Assembly (NCBI GenBank): GCA_021613535.1
Contig: CP075495.1
Span: 12,462,001 to 12,526,000, forward strand
Reading direction: 5' to 3'
Length of the DNA: 64,000 nucleotides
Source: Adineta vaga
Lineage: Eukaryota > Animalia > Rotifera
Numbering within the stretch: the first letter of the stretch is position 1; every line of letters begins with the position of its first letter. The notes below the pieces were generated by a model. The model made no database searches and was not told the origin of the DNA. It saw only the letters and a program-made list of their open reading frames with translations. A program made the translations under genes and the position numbers. Of this stretch, positions 13,756-26,139 are shown piece after piece.

Positions 13756-15957
13756 TTAGTCTGATGTATTCGTTCGAGTATTTGTTTTAAATAATTCATA
13801 TAAAGCGGTAACAATTTCACCTGTTATAACTTCATTTGTATTCATTTGTAAAATATAAAGAACAAGTATACCATCTCGACCGAGATAATTTGTCAAAAAA
13901 CTGGATAATAAACGATCATCATCGATCGATATGGAAAATGAACCAGTTGTATGTATTTGTCCTGGTTGAGGAGTCGAAGGAGTTGGAGGTGTTTGTTCAT
14001 CAGCTGATGACGCAATATTCTGTTCATTGATATCTGATGTTGTTGATACTGGTACACTTAATTGTTCACGTACACGTGACAAACGAACTAAATCAAGATG
14101 TGGCTTCAATGTTCGACTGGCGAATGAAGATAGAATACTATGATGAGGATGACCCATATGCAACGAACCATAATGACTACCGCCGCCGGCACTATAATGT
14201 GCGTGAGCAAAAGAATGACGACGATGATAACTCGAATGATGATGATGATGATAATTGTTGTGATGATGATAGAAATTATATGGATGATGTCGAAAAGATT
14301 GATGATGTTCTTGAAAAGGATTCTGTGGAAAATGATGTGTATTGATACGTCTCATTGATGATAAATAACGTGTTATATGTGATTTATAAAATTGTGGATA
14401 AAAAAATGAACTTGACCAATAAAGAAAACCAAATAGAGTACATAGAGTTGTAAAATAAAGCCAAAACCATATAATTAAAAAGATTTTTTCATTAAATAGA
14501 TTTATTGGTAAACTACATTGAACTGTATATGTATGAATATTATCGGCTAGATTTCTTACAGCAAAATTACACCTAGAAAAAGAAAAATAGGAGTACTCTT
14601 TTATACTTCATCTATCATTTTTAAGTAATAGATATCTAACACTTAACATCAAATATTGAACATTGAAAGAAAAGTTTTTTTTTTCTCAAGTATATGAGTA
14701 CTTCTCTGTTTCCATATTCTTTCAACATATTATCATACGATTCCTTCTAAGATGAACGTTTTTTAGTTTTTCTTTTCATTAGGTTTTTTTACTAACCATA
14801 CTATGCATAATTACTACATGCAAAATAATAGAACAATTAGATAAAACATTGTAAATGATGAATAAGTAAATACATCCAACAGATAAATCACTTTTGACAA
14901 TTCATATTCAATGAACAAAATCGGATTAGTCTTATTCATAATACAAATTTACTTTTCTTAAAATAGAAGAAATAGTACATGACCTTGAAGTTTATATTTA
15001 CTTCACTAAATCCTAATGAATCATAAATATATTCTTCTTTTGTCGAAGAAAAATCTATCGAATACACAATTTTTCACTTATCTGAACAGGCTTATTAGAC
15101 AGTTTTATAAGTATATAATTCATTTTCTTTTGACCTTCAACTTACCATGTTACTCGAGGAAATCTCGGTGTCACAGTCCAATTTTCATCATTTCCTGTAA
15201 ATAAAGCACGAAGTACTGCAAATCCATACATATGATAATCATTGCCAAGAAAAAAATTGAGCAAATAAAGTTGACCAAAAGCATTAAGTAAATAGAGTAA
15301 TTTGGAAAAAAGAAATGACCACATTAAATGATTATCACGCATGGTAACATGATTATTCAAAAGAAAAAACCCATAAAGTGATGATAATGAAGTATATTTC
15401 ATTGAACGTAATTGTTCAATATATTCTATACGTTTATATTTATGAAATTCTAAGGCTTTATCAATAAAACGTGCAAGATGACGAACTGATGTTCCACGAA
15501 TTTCAGATGTATATGTATCAACAATTCGAGCATGAGATACAAGCATACCTAAATCATAGCCACTCTTCGAATTTAATGATGACCATATAAGTGATGGAAT
15601 GTAGAAAAGAATGGCTTGAACAATAAGTATAAATGGAACATATTGATAAAAGTAAATGTATTGTTCAGTTTTAGGATCCGGATGTTTAGGTAAAAGACGA
15701 TCAAATGAAACGAAATAAGTATTCGATATCCAACAAATATTATTTGTATATTCAACATGTGTACCCGTAAAATGTGCAGGACAAAAACAAGCAATTGGTT
15801 CACCAACATATTGTTTGGTTGAAACAAGTACAGTAAAAATAATTAGAAGAATAACAGAATAACGACGAGATAAACGATCATAGAAATCATCATCATAGGT
15901 ACCATCATGTCCATGATGTGCGACTCTTGAGGCTGCATCGAATAGAAAAGAAGCCAT
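13756..15957 (-). CDS. Innexin (gap junction/pannexin family), 2 main coding exons
   Basis: DDDFYDRLSRRYS, KQYVGEPIACFCPAHFT, YTNNICW, YFYQYVPFIL, FPRVTW|CNF (intron 15145-14573), YTVQCSLPINLFNEKIF, FLTNYLGRDGILVL. Confidence 0.95.
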
Positions 15958-17016
15958 GCTAGAAGAATGTACAGGAAACGACATTTATTTGAATGAAAAA
16001 TTATTCCTAACTAAGTATCAATTCTACAGAATAATTGATTAAATATCAAGACGAAACAAATGATTAATTCATATGTTTGAAATAGAGAACATGACAGACG
16101 ATCTCAGTTGACCTTTTTTTTTCCTATATCACCTCACATACATATTCTATTCATATTTTCGCAATTTTTAATGATACTTATATTTAACTTATCAAATCTT
16201 CAAAGGATCATTTGAGATAACCTTAATAACATTTTTTTTCTTAGGTCAAATCAAATGTGAACACATTATTTCATTTATTCGGTCAACCATTCGATAATGG
16301 AATACATAATCATTACACGATCATTGAAAATATTTTTTAATCTTCTTGATTTCTTTCGTCTTTTTTTCTTTTCTTTTCTTTTGTAATTATTTCTATAAAA
16401 TGTTAAAGAAGACTTAGTAGATTTGACCGGTTACATAGAAAATATTTAAAAGTACTATTTCGAAATCTAAGAATAAAAATGCTTAATTAGTTGAGCGTTA
16501 CGTATGATTCATTTTTATCATATCTTTTTTTTTCCTTCTTCTATTTATCACTTTTCATTCTATTGTGTTCTTGTGCTTTATGTTTATAATCTAACTTATT
16601 GATCTAAATTAATGTATAACGAGAAGTAGTAGTCAAGGAATATATGTCATCCATCAATGTTATTTGTTAAATAATCAGTATTCAAAAGAATTTGTTGTGT
16701 TAAAACATATCTGAATGACTAGATTGTCTGTTGTTGTTGTTGATGATGGTATTCTCTTTGAAAGAACGGAAATTAAAGTTCTATTCTCGAACATTATTTA
16801 TGTGTATAACAAGTGAGATGTTAGACTGTCAATCATACCTAATATATAATAGAAAAAAAAACTTTTCAACAGAGAAAAGAACAATTCCCATGTTTCTTTT
16901 TGAACTTAATTAATATTATCATAGAATCTATACGTCGCTTTTCTCTTTGCATGCATTATTTCAAGTCAAATAATTATAATTATATCACGCACGAGTGTCA
17001 ATTAACATAGACTTAC

Positions 17017-17051
17017 TTTTCCAACGCTTCTAAAATCCACCAATGAAACAT
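17017..17051 (-). CDS. Candidate upstream first coding exon of the innexin (MFHWWILEALE)
   Basis: ATG at 17051, 35 nt, then a GTAAGT donor. Phase 2 fits the acceptor cttctAG|C ATG at 15959/15958 in frame. Confidence 0.45.
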
Positions 17052-17865
17052 GATTGAATTGAATTGAATATATATATATTTATTCTAAAAAGAAGAAAAA
17101 AAAGAAGGTGTTCAAGATTCTAAATGATATTCAATACTGTACAAAAAGAAAATGTTTTCAATTAGATTCGTGACACTATTTCAAAAAAAGTTCATTGCGG
17201 TTATGATTAACATTTAATGAGTTTCCAACTGAGACCTCTTTTCTTTGCTATCTCTATGAATTAATGTTATTCTTAACGGTACTATATGCCTATTTACACG
17301 TTACATTTTCTTCTTCGCGTTTTTTTTTCTCGCGTTCTCTCTTTCTATGTCTCTTCCTATTCTATTCTTTCATCCATTATCTATCCATTTTTTTTGTCTA
17401 TAAATCTGTATGATTTCTCAAGAGACATTACTTCATTTTGTGTTTCCTTTAAATACTTGGAAAATAGGTGCGGCATAGAAAAGAAATGAAGACAAGATAG
17501 CTCGACAGTTTTGTATATGATGTAATTAACTTATACTAAGAGAAAAATTTCTCTTCAAAGATAATTAATTGAATAAAAAAACATACGTAAGCAAAAAGTA
17601 TGTAACCTAATAGAAACTAGTTCATTCGTAACTTTTCGTATATTTTTTCAAATATTTTTATTGAATAAGTAAAGATCTAGAACGAGAGAAGTTAATAAAA
17701 TTCTTTTGAAATATTGAACGATCATTTTCTATTCGAGATACACATTGATGTAACTATGTGAAAAATAAAATCACCACGAGAAGTCGTTAGCATGCGATAG
17801 ATAGAATCAATCTAAGGAATGAAGCCTCTAGGAAAATCATTCATTATTGGATTACGACTTATTTG

Positions 17866-17887
17866 TAGTAGTAGTAGTAGTAGTAGT
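17866..17887. repeat. (GTA)n microsatellite
   Basis: gtagtagtagtagtagtagtag read directly. Confidence 0.9.
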
Positions 17888-19843
17888 TATGTTTTGCTTT
17901 TACTATTTCTCTAAATTTATTAGTCGATACTAAGTGAAGACGATAATTGTATCTGTATGTATGTTGAAATTCTATTTCTAACGTCAACTAACTATTTGTC
18001 TGAAGATATGTTCGTGATCGTTAGCCGAGCAATAAAAGAGATACTTTACAAATAGATAAGTATTCGTTCGTTTGCATCGTGTAGTTTTTTTTAGCAAGAA
18101 AAGACAACACACTAGAGGACAAGTGGGTAAACAGTGTGTTGATAAACCACTTTAGGAATGTGTGTCGCATCCTAGCTGCCAATTCTCATTCCAATAGGAA
18201 ACGAGACAGAGACAGAGAGAGGGAGAGAGAGATGGAAAGAAAAAGAAACCGTCAAGAAAAGAACGAAACTCACACCGGAAATATCATCCGGCTTTACAAA
18301 GTATTATCATCAATGCACTATCTTCAAGAAGACAATTGAACTAAGCTTCCTGTTAGTTGAAATGCGCATTTTACTGATTATATAAGTTTTCACAAACAAA
18401 TGCATTTCCCTACTTTATACACCAAAGGTTAGATTTGACTGAGATAATTCCTATTGTATCATTATAGATTTCATTTTTTCTCTCTTCCGCTTCAAGATCA
18501 TAGATATGTATAGAATCAAAGCTTTTGCTAACTGGTTTTTCCTGAGTTAAGAAAAGAAGAAAAAAAAAACTTTTAAAAGATCTAATTAGAAAAGATAAAC
18601 TGAAATAATTACGAAATTATTTATAGCCGGGAAAAAGAAAGGAAGGAAAGATCGTGGTTTATGGATTGATAGATCATATAATTGAAATTGAATCGAGAAG
18701 CTCTCATATAGACTTGATAGAAAAACAAGAAGAAAAAAATGAAGAGTTAAAGTAGAAAAAAAAGAATCTTTCTCTACGACGAATAACATATTTTTCCTTC
18801 ATTGTAGCGTAAAAAAAGCGAAGTAACAACAAAAAGAAAATGGAACTACATTAAGTAAAGATAGATAACGAGAAAAAGTATGTGGTTGTTCGTACATAAT
18901 TAATAAACTACAAAAATTACAATATGATGTCATTATTATAAAGATTCAATAGAATATTGTTAAACTAACATTTGAAATCTACCACTAATGTTCTCTTCTT
19001 CTTCGTCTCTCGAGAAAATATAACTAGATTCACTTTTTCTGCTATTCATCTATTATATCCTGTTGAAGCTCACCATTACCAGATGTTTCTCGTCTGTATA
19101 AGAATTGATTCGAAAGATTTAGTCTCTCTAGTTGTAACTTTACTTCTGCTAATGACTCATACTTTACGAAGAGAATCAATAGAGAGGGAGAAAGAAAAGC
19201 TGAAATTGTATCGATGAGAATATCAAATACTTTGAATAAAACACATATCTTAGAAAAGAATTATGAATTGTAATGAGGATTGTGCATTCTTTTCTTATGA
19301 ACAAATCATGGATTGCAGACGAATTCAATCATTCTTTGTAATTTCTTTTTCACCCACGTCTTAGAAAAAATTTTTGTCTTCCGATAACATGAGAAATTAT
19401 GATTTTTGTAAAACTTATTTTACGAGAACAAAAATGTTCTCACGATCATTTAATTGATCAAAACTTAGTATATCCGATATTCCGATCCCTTTTGTATCTT
19501 AATGAAATGAACTTATGACATTAAACGAATGGAAAACTTCCACAGCAGCAACAACAACAACGTTTAATAATGAAGAGAATATGAAATCTTACACATCATT
19601 TTTACGTTAAAAAATCTAACGATCAATATCTTTCAATGAATTCTATTGTTTTTCTTTACTTTCATTTGTTTGTTTTGCCGTATGACTTGGTATCATATAT
19701 AAAACTTTACTTATCGTTTGTTTTTCCATAGCAGATAATCAGTGATATTTCTTTTCTTTTTTTAGTTAAATATCAAATAAAAATAGGAACAAACGATCTC
19801 CATCACCTATAGATCATTTATATGTGTTTTTTGTCCAAATTGT

Positions 19844-20101
19844 TTATAAAAACTCATTGAATGGACATTCACATATACAAGTTGTTCCCATTACAGTCGT
19901 AGATGGTTTGTTCTCCTCGCATTCTTTATCAACATTTCGACCAGCACTTTCCAACGATTTTCGGCAGTTTGATACGCAACCTTTCTTACATTTTTCTTGA
20001 CATTCACCTTTGGGAGCAGTAAATCTGTACCGATGTTCACCATTGATAATTAAGAATGATAATAGAAGAATGATAAGAGAGAAAATTGAAAATAAACGCA
20101 T
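19844..20101 (-). CDS. Small secreted cysteine-rich peptide (85 aa, 8 Cys)
   Basis: Hydrophobic signal peptide. Mature part C-x3-C-x3-C-x3-C-x14-C-x13-C-x-C-x-C. Probable 5'UTR intron ~20184-20120 and a TATA-like TATATA upstream at ~20245-20250. Confidence 0.75.
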   Translation of the reverse strand: MRLFSIFSLIILLLSFLIINGEHRYRFTAPKGECQEKCKKGCVSNCRKSLESAGRNVDKECEENKPSTTVMGTTCICECPFNEFL

Positions 20102-20589
20102 GATGAAAATTTATTTTCTATTAAAGAAAAAAACGAAAAGAAAGATTTTTCTCTAAGAAACGATCGAGAACATATCATACTCACTGAATCACTGATAACC
20201 AAATGATAAATATTCTGCTTCAATCGAAAAATATCGAAGCTTCATATATAGAGAAATATAAAATGACTAACTATATTTTTCTACCTACACATCATATTCA
20301 ACTAGAACTGACGATTTGTTAAAGCTGCGCATATGGTGGTAACATCTGTAGTAATCATTATAGATTATTTTCGAAGATGAATGTCCTTTTCTCTTTCTTA
20401 TTATATAGTAAAATAATTACTTATTTAATACTAGACAAAAATCATATGTTTTATTTAAATGTATCGAACTTTTAATGATTTTCATTATACTCTAAATACC
20501 ATAGGAATGCATAATCGAAACACAATTGAATATGAAGATCATTATATTACAATACAAAAAAAAGAAGAATAATCGTATTCTTCTGTTAC

Positions 20590-20759
20590 CAGGGGCGTAC
20601 CGAAGAGGCGCGTGGGGCGTAATAAGCCCCTGCTTCTGGAAATTTTTTGTTTTTTCTGCTCGCAAAAATTTTAAAAACCGAAAAAAATTTTTTTCGTATT
20701 AAATTTAAATAAAAAGTCGTTCTACGCTCTCCTGCCCTTGACACATCGGTACGTTCCTG
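20590..20759. mobile_element. hAT-type MITE (170 bp), left end of a putative composite element
   Basis: GC-rich island with imperfect TIRs CAGGGGCGTACCGA ... TCGGTACGTTCCTG. Confidence 0.75.
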
Positions 20760-21253
20760 TGGAAAAGCTGTCAGAAAGGACATTTTTATTTTTCTGTTCT
20801 ATACATAATGAGCTTTATCTTTATTTTATGAAAGTAAAATACGATAACAAAATCATTTTAGTCACATAACGAATAACAATTGACGAAAGTGTCAAGACTA
20901 ATCTAGTTATCGTTGCTAAGTTTTTCTTTTTCTTTTTCTTAATTCAATGCATTTGCATTGAAATATCTGTTTTTGGTGTATAAGAGATTTTTAGTTTCAA
21001 AAACAAAACAATCCGTTTACAATCTTCCATCCAATGATTTAGCTTTTATTTGTACGAAAACACGAGAAAAGCGATATTTTCGCGTAGAAGATATTTAAAA
21101 TCAAGATGACAATATGTAATAGGACTTATCAGCAGATTCGAATTTTTCCAGCTAATATTTCGCTGATAGATGTATGGTTAGTCTAACAAATGATTGTGAT
21201 AGATGAAGAATTAAATTCTGCATTAATTTCGAGTCATCTAATCTTATTTTCAA

Positions 21254-22062
21254 TCATAATACAATTGGTTGATTATATGAATAAATATTTGTACAACCAT
21301 ATAAAATAGATAAGTCTTTAACAATCGGTCCAATAGCTTGTCTTTTCGTTTTATAATTTCGATATAAGTCTTCATAAACCGATAATTCTTGATTTCCAAC
21401 ATCGACTGTATTAATACCATCAGAAAGATGATCTATTGAAAATGAATCCAAAATAGAACAAATTTGTTTCGATGAAATATTTCTAAAATAAATTTGATTA
21501 AGAATTTGACAACAAACTAAATCTAATATATAACCAGTACTGACTTTTTCATTCATCAAATTCCAAATACAAGCAAATGCTGATGAATTAAAAAAAGTAA
21601 ACGACCTGTTTCAACAAAATCTGTCTAACGACCAATTTTATTTTCCTATTGTGGTAGTATTCGTGTTATTAAATAACTAACTGAACCTAATAATCTGCCA
21701 GGAGATGATAAGAATATCTGATAATGTTCTAAAATACATTCATAAACTAAAGGATTAAAACCAAATCGAACATCTTCATCGATAAACCAAAAACGTTTTT
21801 GATCTTTTACACGAATTCAAATTGCTTTTTCATAAATTGGATGAGACTTCCATGTCGAATTATCATAGATCATTATTTAATAATCAAAGTAGCTTTGAAG
21901 ATATTTTATATGAAGATATTTTGTTATCCATAATTTGCCAGATTTTGCAACCCAAAATGTTATTATTAAACTTTTATTGGTTTTTGAATATTTTTCACTT
22001 GTTTTTAAATTACTATCAGATCGACGTTCGAAATTTATTAAGGAAGATTTAGTTAATATCAA
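21254..22062 (-). pseudogene. DUF707-like (putative glycosyltransferase) pseudogene
   Basis: Manual translation KAI*IRVKDQKRFWFIDEDVRFGFNP..YECILEHYQIFLSSPG...ITR...TDFVETG..F.SSAFACIWNLMNEKVSTGYILDL follows the DUF707 pattern (WDED, I.QPG, FVE, FS..AW.C.W, G.GLD). Multiple stops and frameshifts. Confidence 0.6.
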
Positions 22063-22172
22063 TTTTTGATGTATTTCTTTTAAAAATTCAATGTTTTTCT
22101 AATTAAATAATAAATACAATATTTTTATATGTCAAAAAGAAAAACATGAAAAAAAGTGACAATAAAATGATG

Positions 22173-23360
22173 CTAATCATTAATATCATCACCAGGTAAT
22201 GATATTAAATCTGACAAATAAAAGAAATCCTCTAAATGTTCATCTTCATGTATCCATTTATTTGTTTTTTGCAGTTTTGAAAGAACATCGACCATGCCAA
22301 TTGAGCAAACGTCTACATGGAAAAACATTTGAAGGTAAATGTAATATAGCATTATCAATATCATTGAATGTTCTTAATTAATTAACCTTCATTCTTGTTT
22401 CATCATCCACGATAAATGTTTCTCTAAGATCATTACATAATATCTTGATGTGTAAAGTACCGGCAAATGAATTATATAAGAAGCATAATTTTTTTATAAT
22501 CAAATGCTTTTTCAATTGAATCATATAATAATAAGCCATTTTGTTCATTATCTACATCACATTCTTGTAAATGAAATTTAGTTAATCCTACACCTTTCGT
22601 AGATGATTTCCATATATGTGATGCACGTACACGATTACGATCGAAATATTTATTTAAGATCATACATTTAATCTTTTTCATATTTGATGAACCACATTGA
22701 TAATATAAAATTAATTTATCTTTGAAATCATTTTGTTCTTCTTTTTTTCTCGTTGAACTTGTATCCCAACAATCTAACTGACTTTTTAAATGATCATTAT
22801 TTTGTCTTAAAAGATAATCAACTTTCGATGATAAATATTTCATTTCTTCAACTGATTTTGAATCAATTAATTTTTCTTTATATATTTCTAATAGCAGTTT
22901 TTCTTGTTCACGTAATTTATTGCATGATGATATATAATAATCACGTAAAGCTTCATCGGTACAATTTTCCATTTTTAATTCATAATCTTTAATCTATTTC
23001 TCATAATTTTGAATATCTTCTTTAACTTCATTGTAAAAAACTACCCAGGACAATCATTCCGGTAGTCGGAAACGGCGCCTTAAACGACCAAAAACGGCTA
23101 GAAAACGGCAATTTACTGCCTTAATTTTGACCGTATTTCACCGTGATCCGTCACTCCGGATTACTATCGCCGTTTTCGGCCCTTTCTTGCTACGAAACGA
23201 CCATCCTTTTATAGCGTATTTCTATACATTTCTGGGTAAACAATTTTTTTTCTCTTCATGTGAACCTTTTTGTTTTGTTGAATAACTGAAATCGATTGGA
23301 ATTGATGATTGAAGCAGACTTAGAGATTTTTTTGGTGTAGATGTTTTTATTGATTCACGT
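22173..23360 (-). pseudogene. HNH endonuclease (HNH_2, Crinkler-effector-type C-terminal domain) pseudogene interrupted by a MITE
   Basis: CMILNKYF..VRASHIWK...DVDNEQNGLLLYDSIEKAFD, then after a frameshift LCFLYN..FNDIDNAILHLPSNVFPCRRLLNWHG. Removing the 23044-23236 MITE restores the upstream frame (..GSHEEKKNCLVFYNEVKEDI..). In-frame stops remain. Confidence 0.75.
23044..23236. mobile_element. MITE with CCCAG...CTGGG ends and a TA target-site duplication
   Basis: TA|CCCAGGA...TTCTGGG|TA. GC-rich with internal AAACGG/CCGT motifs. Precise removal restores the host reading frame. Confidence 0.8.
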
Positions 23361-23413
23361 CCCAGGTCGACCAATCCGATAATCGGATCCAATATTGGAT
23401 TTGTCGATCTGGG
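23361..23413. repeat. 53 bp palindromic mini-element
   Basis: CCCAGGTCGACCAATCC...GGATTTGTCGATCTGGG inverted arms. A related fragment starts at ~26001 (CAGGTCAATCAATCC..GGATCC). Confidence 0.7.
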
Positions 23414-23414
23414 G

Positions 23415-23505
23415 CAGAGATGGGCACGGTTCAGCTTTTTTAAAATTTAAACCGAACCGAACCGAACCGAACCGAAGCAGTTGTAAAATGAACCGAACCG
23501 AAAAA
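23415..23505 (+). mobile_element. hAT-like transposon terminus with (AACCG)n subterminal repeats
   Basis: CAGAGATGGGCACGGTT followed by tandem AACCG repeats. No matching opposite end found. Confidence 0.6.
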
Positions 23506-25479
23506 GATAGTTCATCAATTACGTTGCTGATAGCAATAGATATGCAATTCCTCTTTGAGTTCGCTCATTTTTTTTAGTTGAAGGTGATTGATTCATATAT
23601 TTCGTATCTATAAGTTAGAATAATAAAAGTATTTCGTACTTTTTTGATAAAAAAATAGATTAAATTAAGTTAATTGTATGAAGAAAGTAAGTAAACACAT
23701 AGAGTATTGCTCACGTTGTCAATTTATTCCAATGAATTTATCGGTCAATAGTCACAATGTTCGAATGATGTCGCATGTGTATTATTCGTGGAAAGCTTTC
23801 TGAAATGCTCAGATTAGAACTATTGTAAACTAAACCTAATGTTCTTTTTTTATATAACGATTTAGCAAGAATGACATCATTTACAAGAGACTGAAAAGCT
23901 GAATCAGATATCATTATCTTGATTCCAATTTTCAGCAAAATGTTAGAAATATACTTTCAAGAAAAATTGTTCTGATCTTTCGTTTTCTGTTGTCTTCTAC
24001 TACTCTTCAACATGTTTTCCTTGCTACTCATCCTATCATGCTCATTTGAACAAGTGTTCGATTTTTGAGAGGCTAGACTTTTGCTTCGGAATCATTAGCC
24101 AAATCAAACAAATAAAAATATTTTTATTTAAGATCGGGAATAATCAGATCATCATTGCTACGTAATTAACACTCACGAATATTTAACAGGTAATGACATG
24201 TTCACCCTCTTTTAATCTGAAATAATATGAGTCAATATTTTTGTTTGATACAATAATTTTAGGATTGAGTAATTCAAACTATCGTATTCATCTAATTATC
24301 GAAACTATCGAAAATAAACGATATTATCCCCTCTATTGAAAGAAGGGTCATATGAAAAAAAAATAGTAGTTTGTATATGTGTTTGTCGATGAGAGCTAAT
24401 TAGGAATTAACATCATTTAGATAGCGTCAAATAATTCTAATATTCTAGAAACGTCTATCAAAAGTAGTCAAGGGTTGGAATTTCGAATCCGTAATCAGTT
24501 TTCACGATAATAATTAATTTTACTATTGTGTGTAAAACGTTTGATTGAAGATAATTGGAAAGAGAATGCGTATCAGAAGTTGATTTTACCAAGTGAATGA
24601 TAACAAAGAACATCAATTACTTTTTTTAAAAGTTTACGAAGGTTATTATTTATAGCGAATCGAAAGCCGAGATTAGTATTGCATTAATATTAATTAGTAA
24701 CCAATGATAAATTCATAAATAATAATTTCTTTTAACACGTGAGTGAAAGGCAATTGAAGATGTTTGACAAAAAATGTCTCTATCTAGTGGTGTATTTATT
24801 ATGGACCTCGACTATGCAATGTGAGAGAAAACACACTAAAAGTATTGATTTAACAGCTTTTAATGAAGGCTTTCTAAACGAAAATCTAACAGCTTAAGAT
24901 GAGCGGAAGATTTATTATGATTATGAAGGTATATGTGTAGTTTGACAGTGTGTTTATAAAAATCTCGCGTTGTCGTCAAATTTGCTATTTTCTTTCGTGT
25001 TCCTATAACTACGAGTGAACCAGTACGTTTATATACACAGATATACATGTATATGTTTTCCTTTGCTTTGAAGTTGATAATATTGATTCTTTCTCGTCGT
25101 TCGTTTCTTATATCTGGTCGATTTTATTTTCAGAATCTTTCTTTCTCTACTTTAACTTAATTCCGATATTGGACGAAGGTATTCAAAAATGTCAAATTAT
25201 TGTATTTGTACACTTCCAAGTGAAAATTGCATTGGATGCAATACAAGTTTGTATAGAGGAGATAGCAGTCAACGACGATCAAAAAAAAAGAAGCAAAATC
25301 AAATTTAATATGAAAAAATATATAAAAACAGCAATTGTGAAATATAAGAATGATCTTGTTCGTTCATCAAATGAAGATATTCAACGTGGTTTTTTGGAAG
25401 AGAATTCGGATCAGTTGATTCACATCTTGATATTTTCTCAAAACAAAACGGAAGTAAAGGTTATGCATATTCACTTTCA

Positions 25480-25777
25480 TATAAGTTCTATAGCAGATGT
25501 CAAATTTTTTCTCTTCTATATCAGTTATCACACTTCTTTTTTCTATCTTGACTTTCCAGATTGTCATAGAGATTATGTTGAACAATTTCTTGTCGATCTT
25601 CATTTTCATTTTACTTGTTTGTTGACACTTGCAATCAACTATTTATCACTTGTGTCGGTTACCGACTATTTCAACAATGATTCAATTCGTCTCAAATACA
25701 GTAAACTGAAACATCTTCGTATAACTGAACAATTTCTTCGTTCAAAACATTTTCATAAAAATTTTTCATCATTGTGA
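25480..25777 (+). pseudogene. Probable C-terminal fragment of an F-box/LRR-like protein of the rotifer-expanded type
   Basis: HRDYVEQFLVD..F.CLLTLAINYLSLVSVTDYFNNDSIRLKYSKLKHLRI resembles the remembered C-terminus of bdelloid F-box/LRR proteins. No N-terminal part is evident. Confidence 0.4.
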
Positions 25778-26068
25778 ATGCTATTTTTGATGAAATTTCT
25801 TCCAATAAAAACGAATCGAACGAAAACACTTTCATTTCTATTGATATATCGTTAGGATAAGTGAGACTCTTCGAAAAGGAGAGTTTAGACAAATATCAAT
25901 AGTAATAAATAACCTTTCGCGATGTCTTTCTGTTCGATTGAATTCAATTTTAATTAATAGTTGGGTAACAGTTTTCATCGATCGTAAAGCTTTAGTTACT
26001 CAGGTCAATCAATCCAATGTTGGATCCTACTGGATCCACTGCTGAATTTTATCGGAATCAGATAGAAC

Positions 26069-26139
26069 CAGAGGTGTACCGAGGGGGAAGCACATGGGAC
26101 TTAGCGCCCTCCTGCCCCTGACACCTCGGTACGCCACTA
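26069..26139. mobile_element. hAT-type MITE (71 bp), right end of the putative composite element
   Basis: CAGAGGTGTACCGA...CTCCTGCCCCTGACACCTCGGTACGCCACTA. The right subterminal region closely matches 20725-20759. Confidence 0.75.

Noticed and set aside
14037-14358. Asp-rich and Met-rich plus-strand ORFs
   Set aside because: Antisense shadows of the innexin CAT/CAC His repeat.
16000-19800. Short ORFs from the ORF track in the innexin upstream region
   Set aside because: Low-complexity F/L/K-rich translations typical of AT-rich non-coding DNA.
23449-23500. (AACCG)n array as a telomeric or CRISPR-like repeat
   Set aside because: Short, has no spacers, and sits next to a hAT-like TIR; better explained as subterminal repeats.
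23738-24040. Minus-strand stretch loosely resembling histone H2B (basic N-terminus, ..FS*KYISNIL...ISDSAFQSLVND..)
   Set aside because: Too few identities, the core helix is too short, and there is an internal stop. Cannot be supported without a search.
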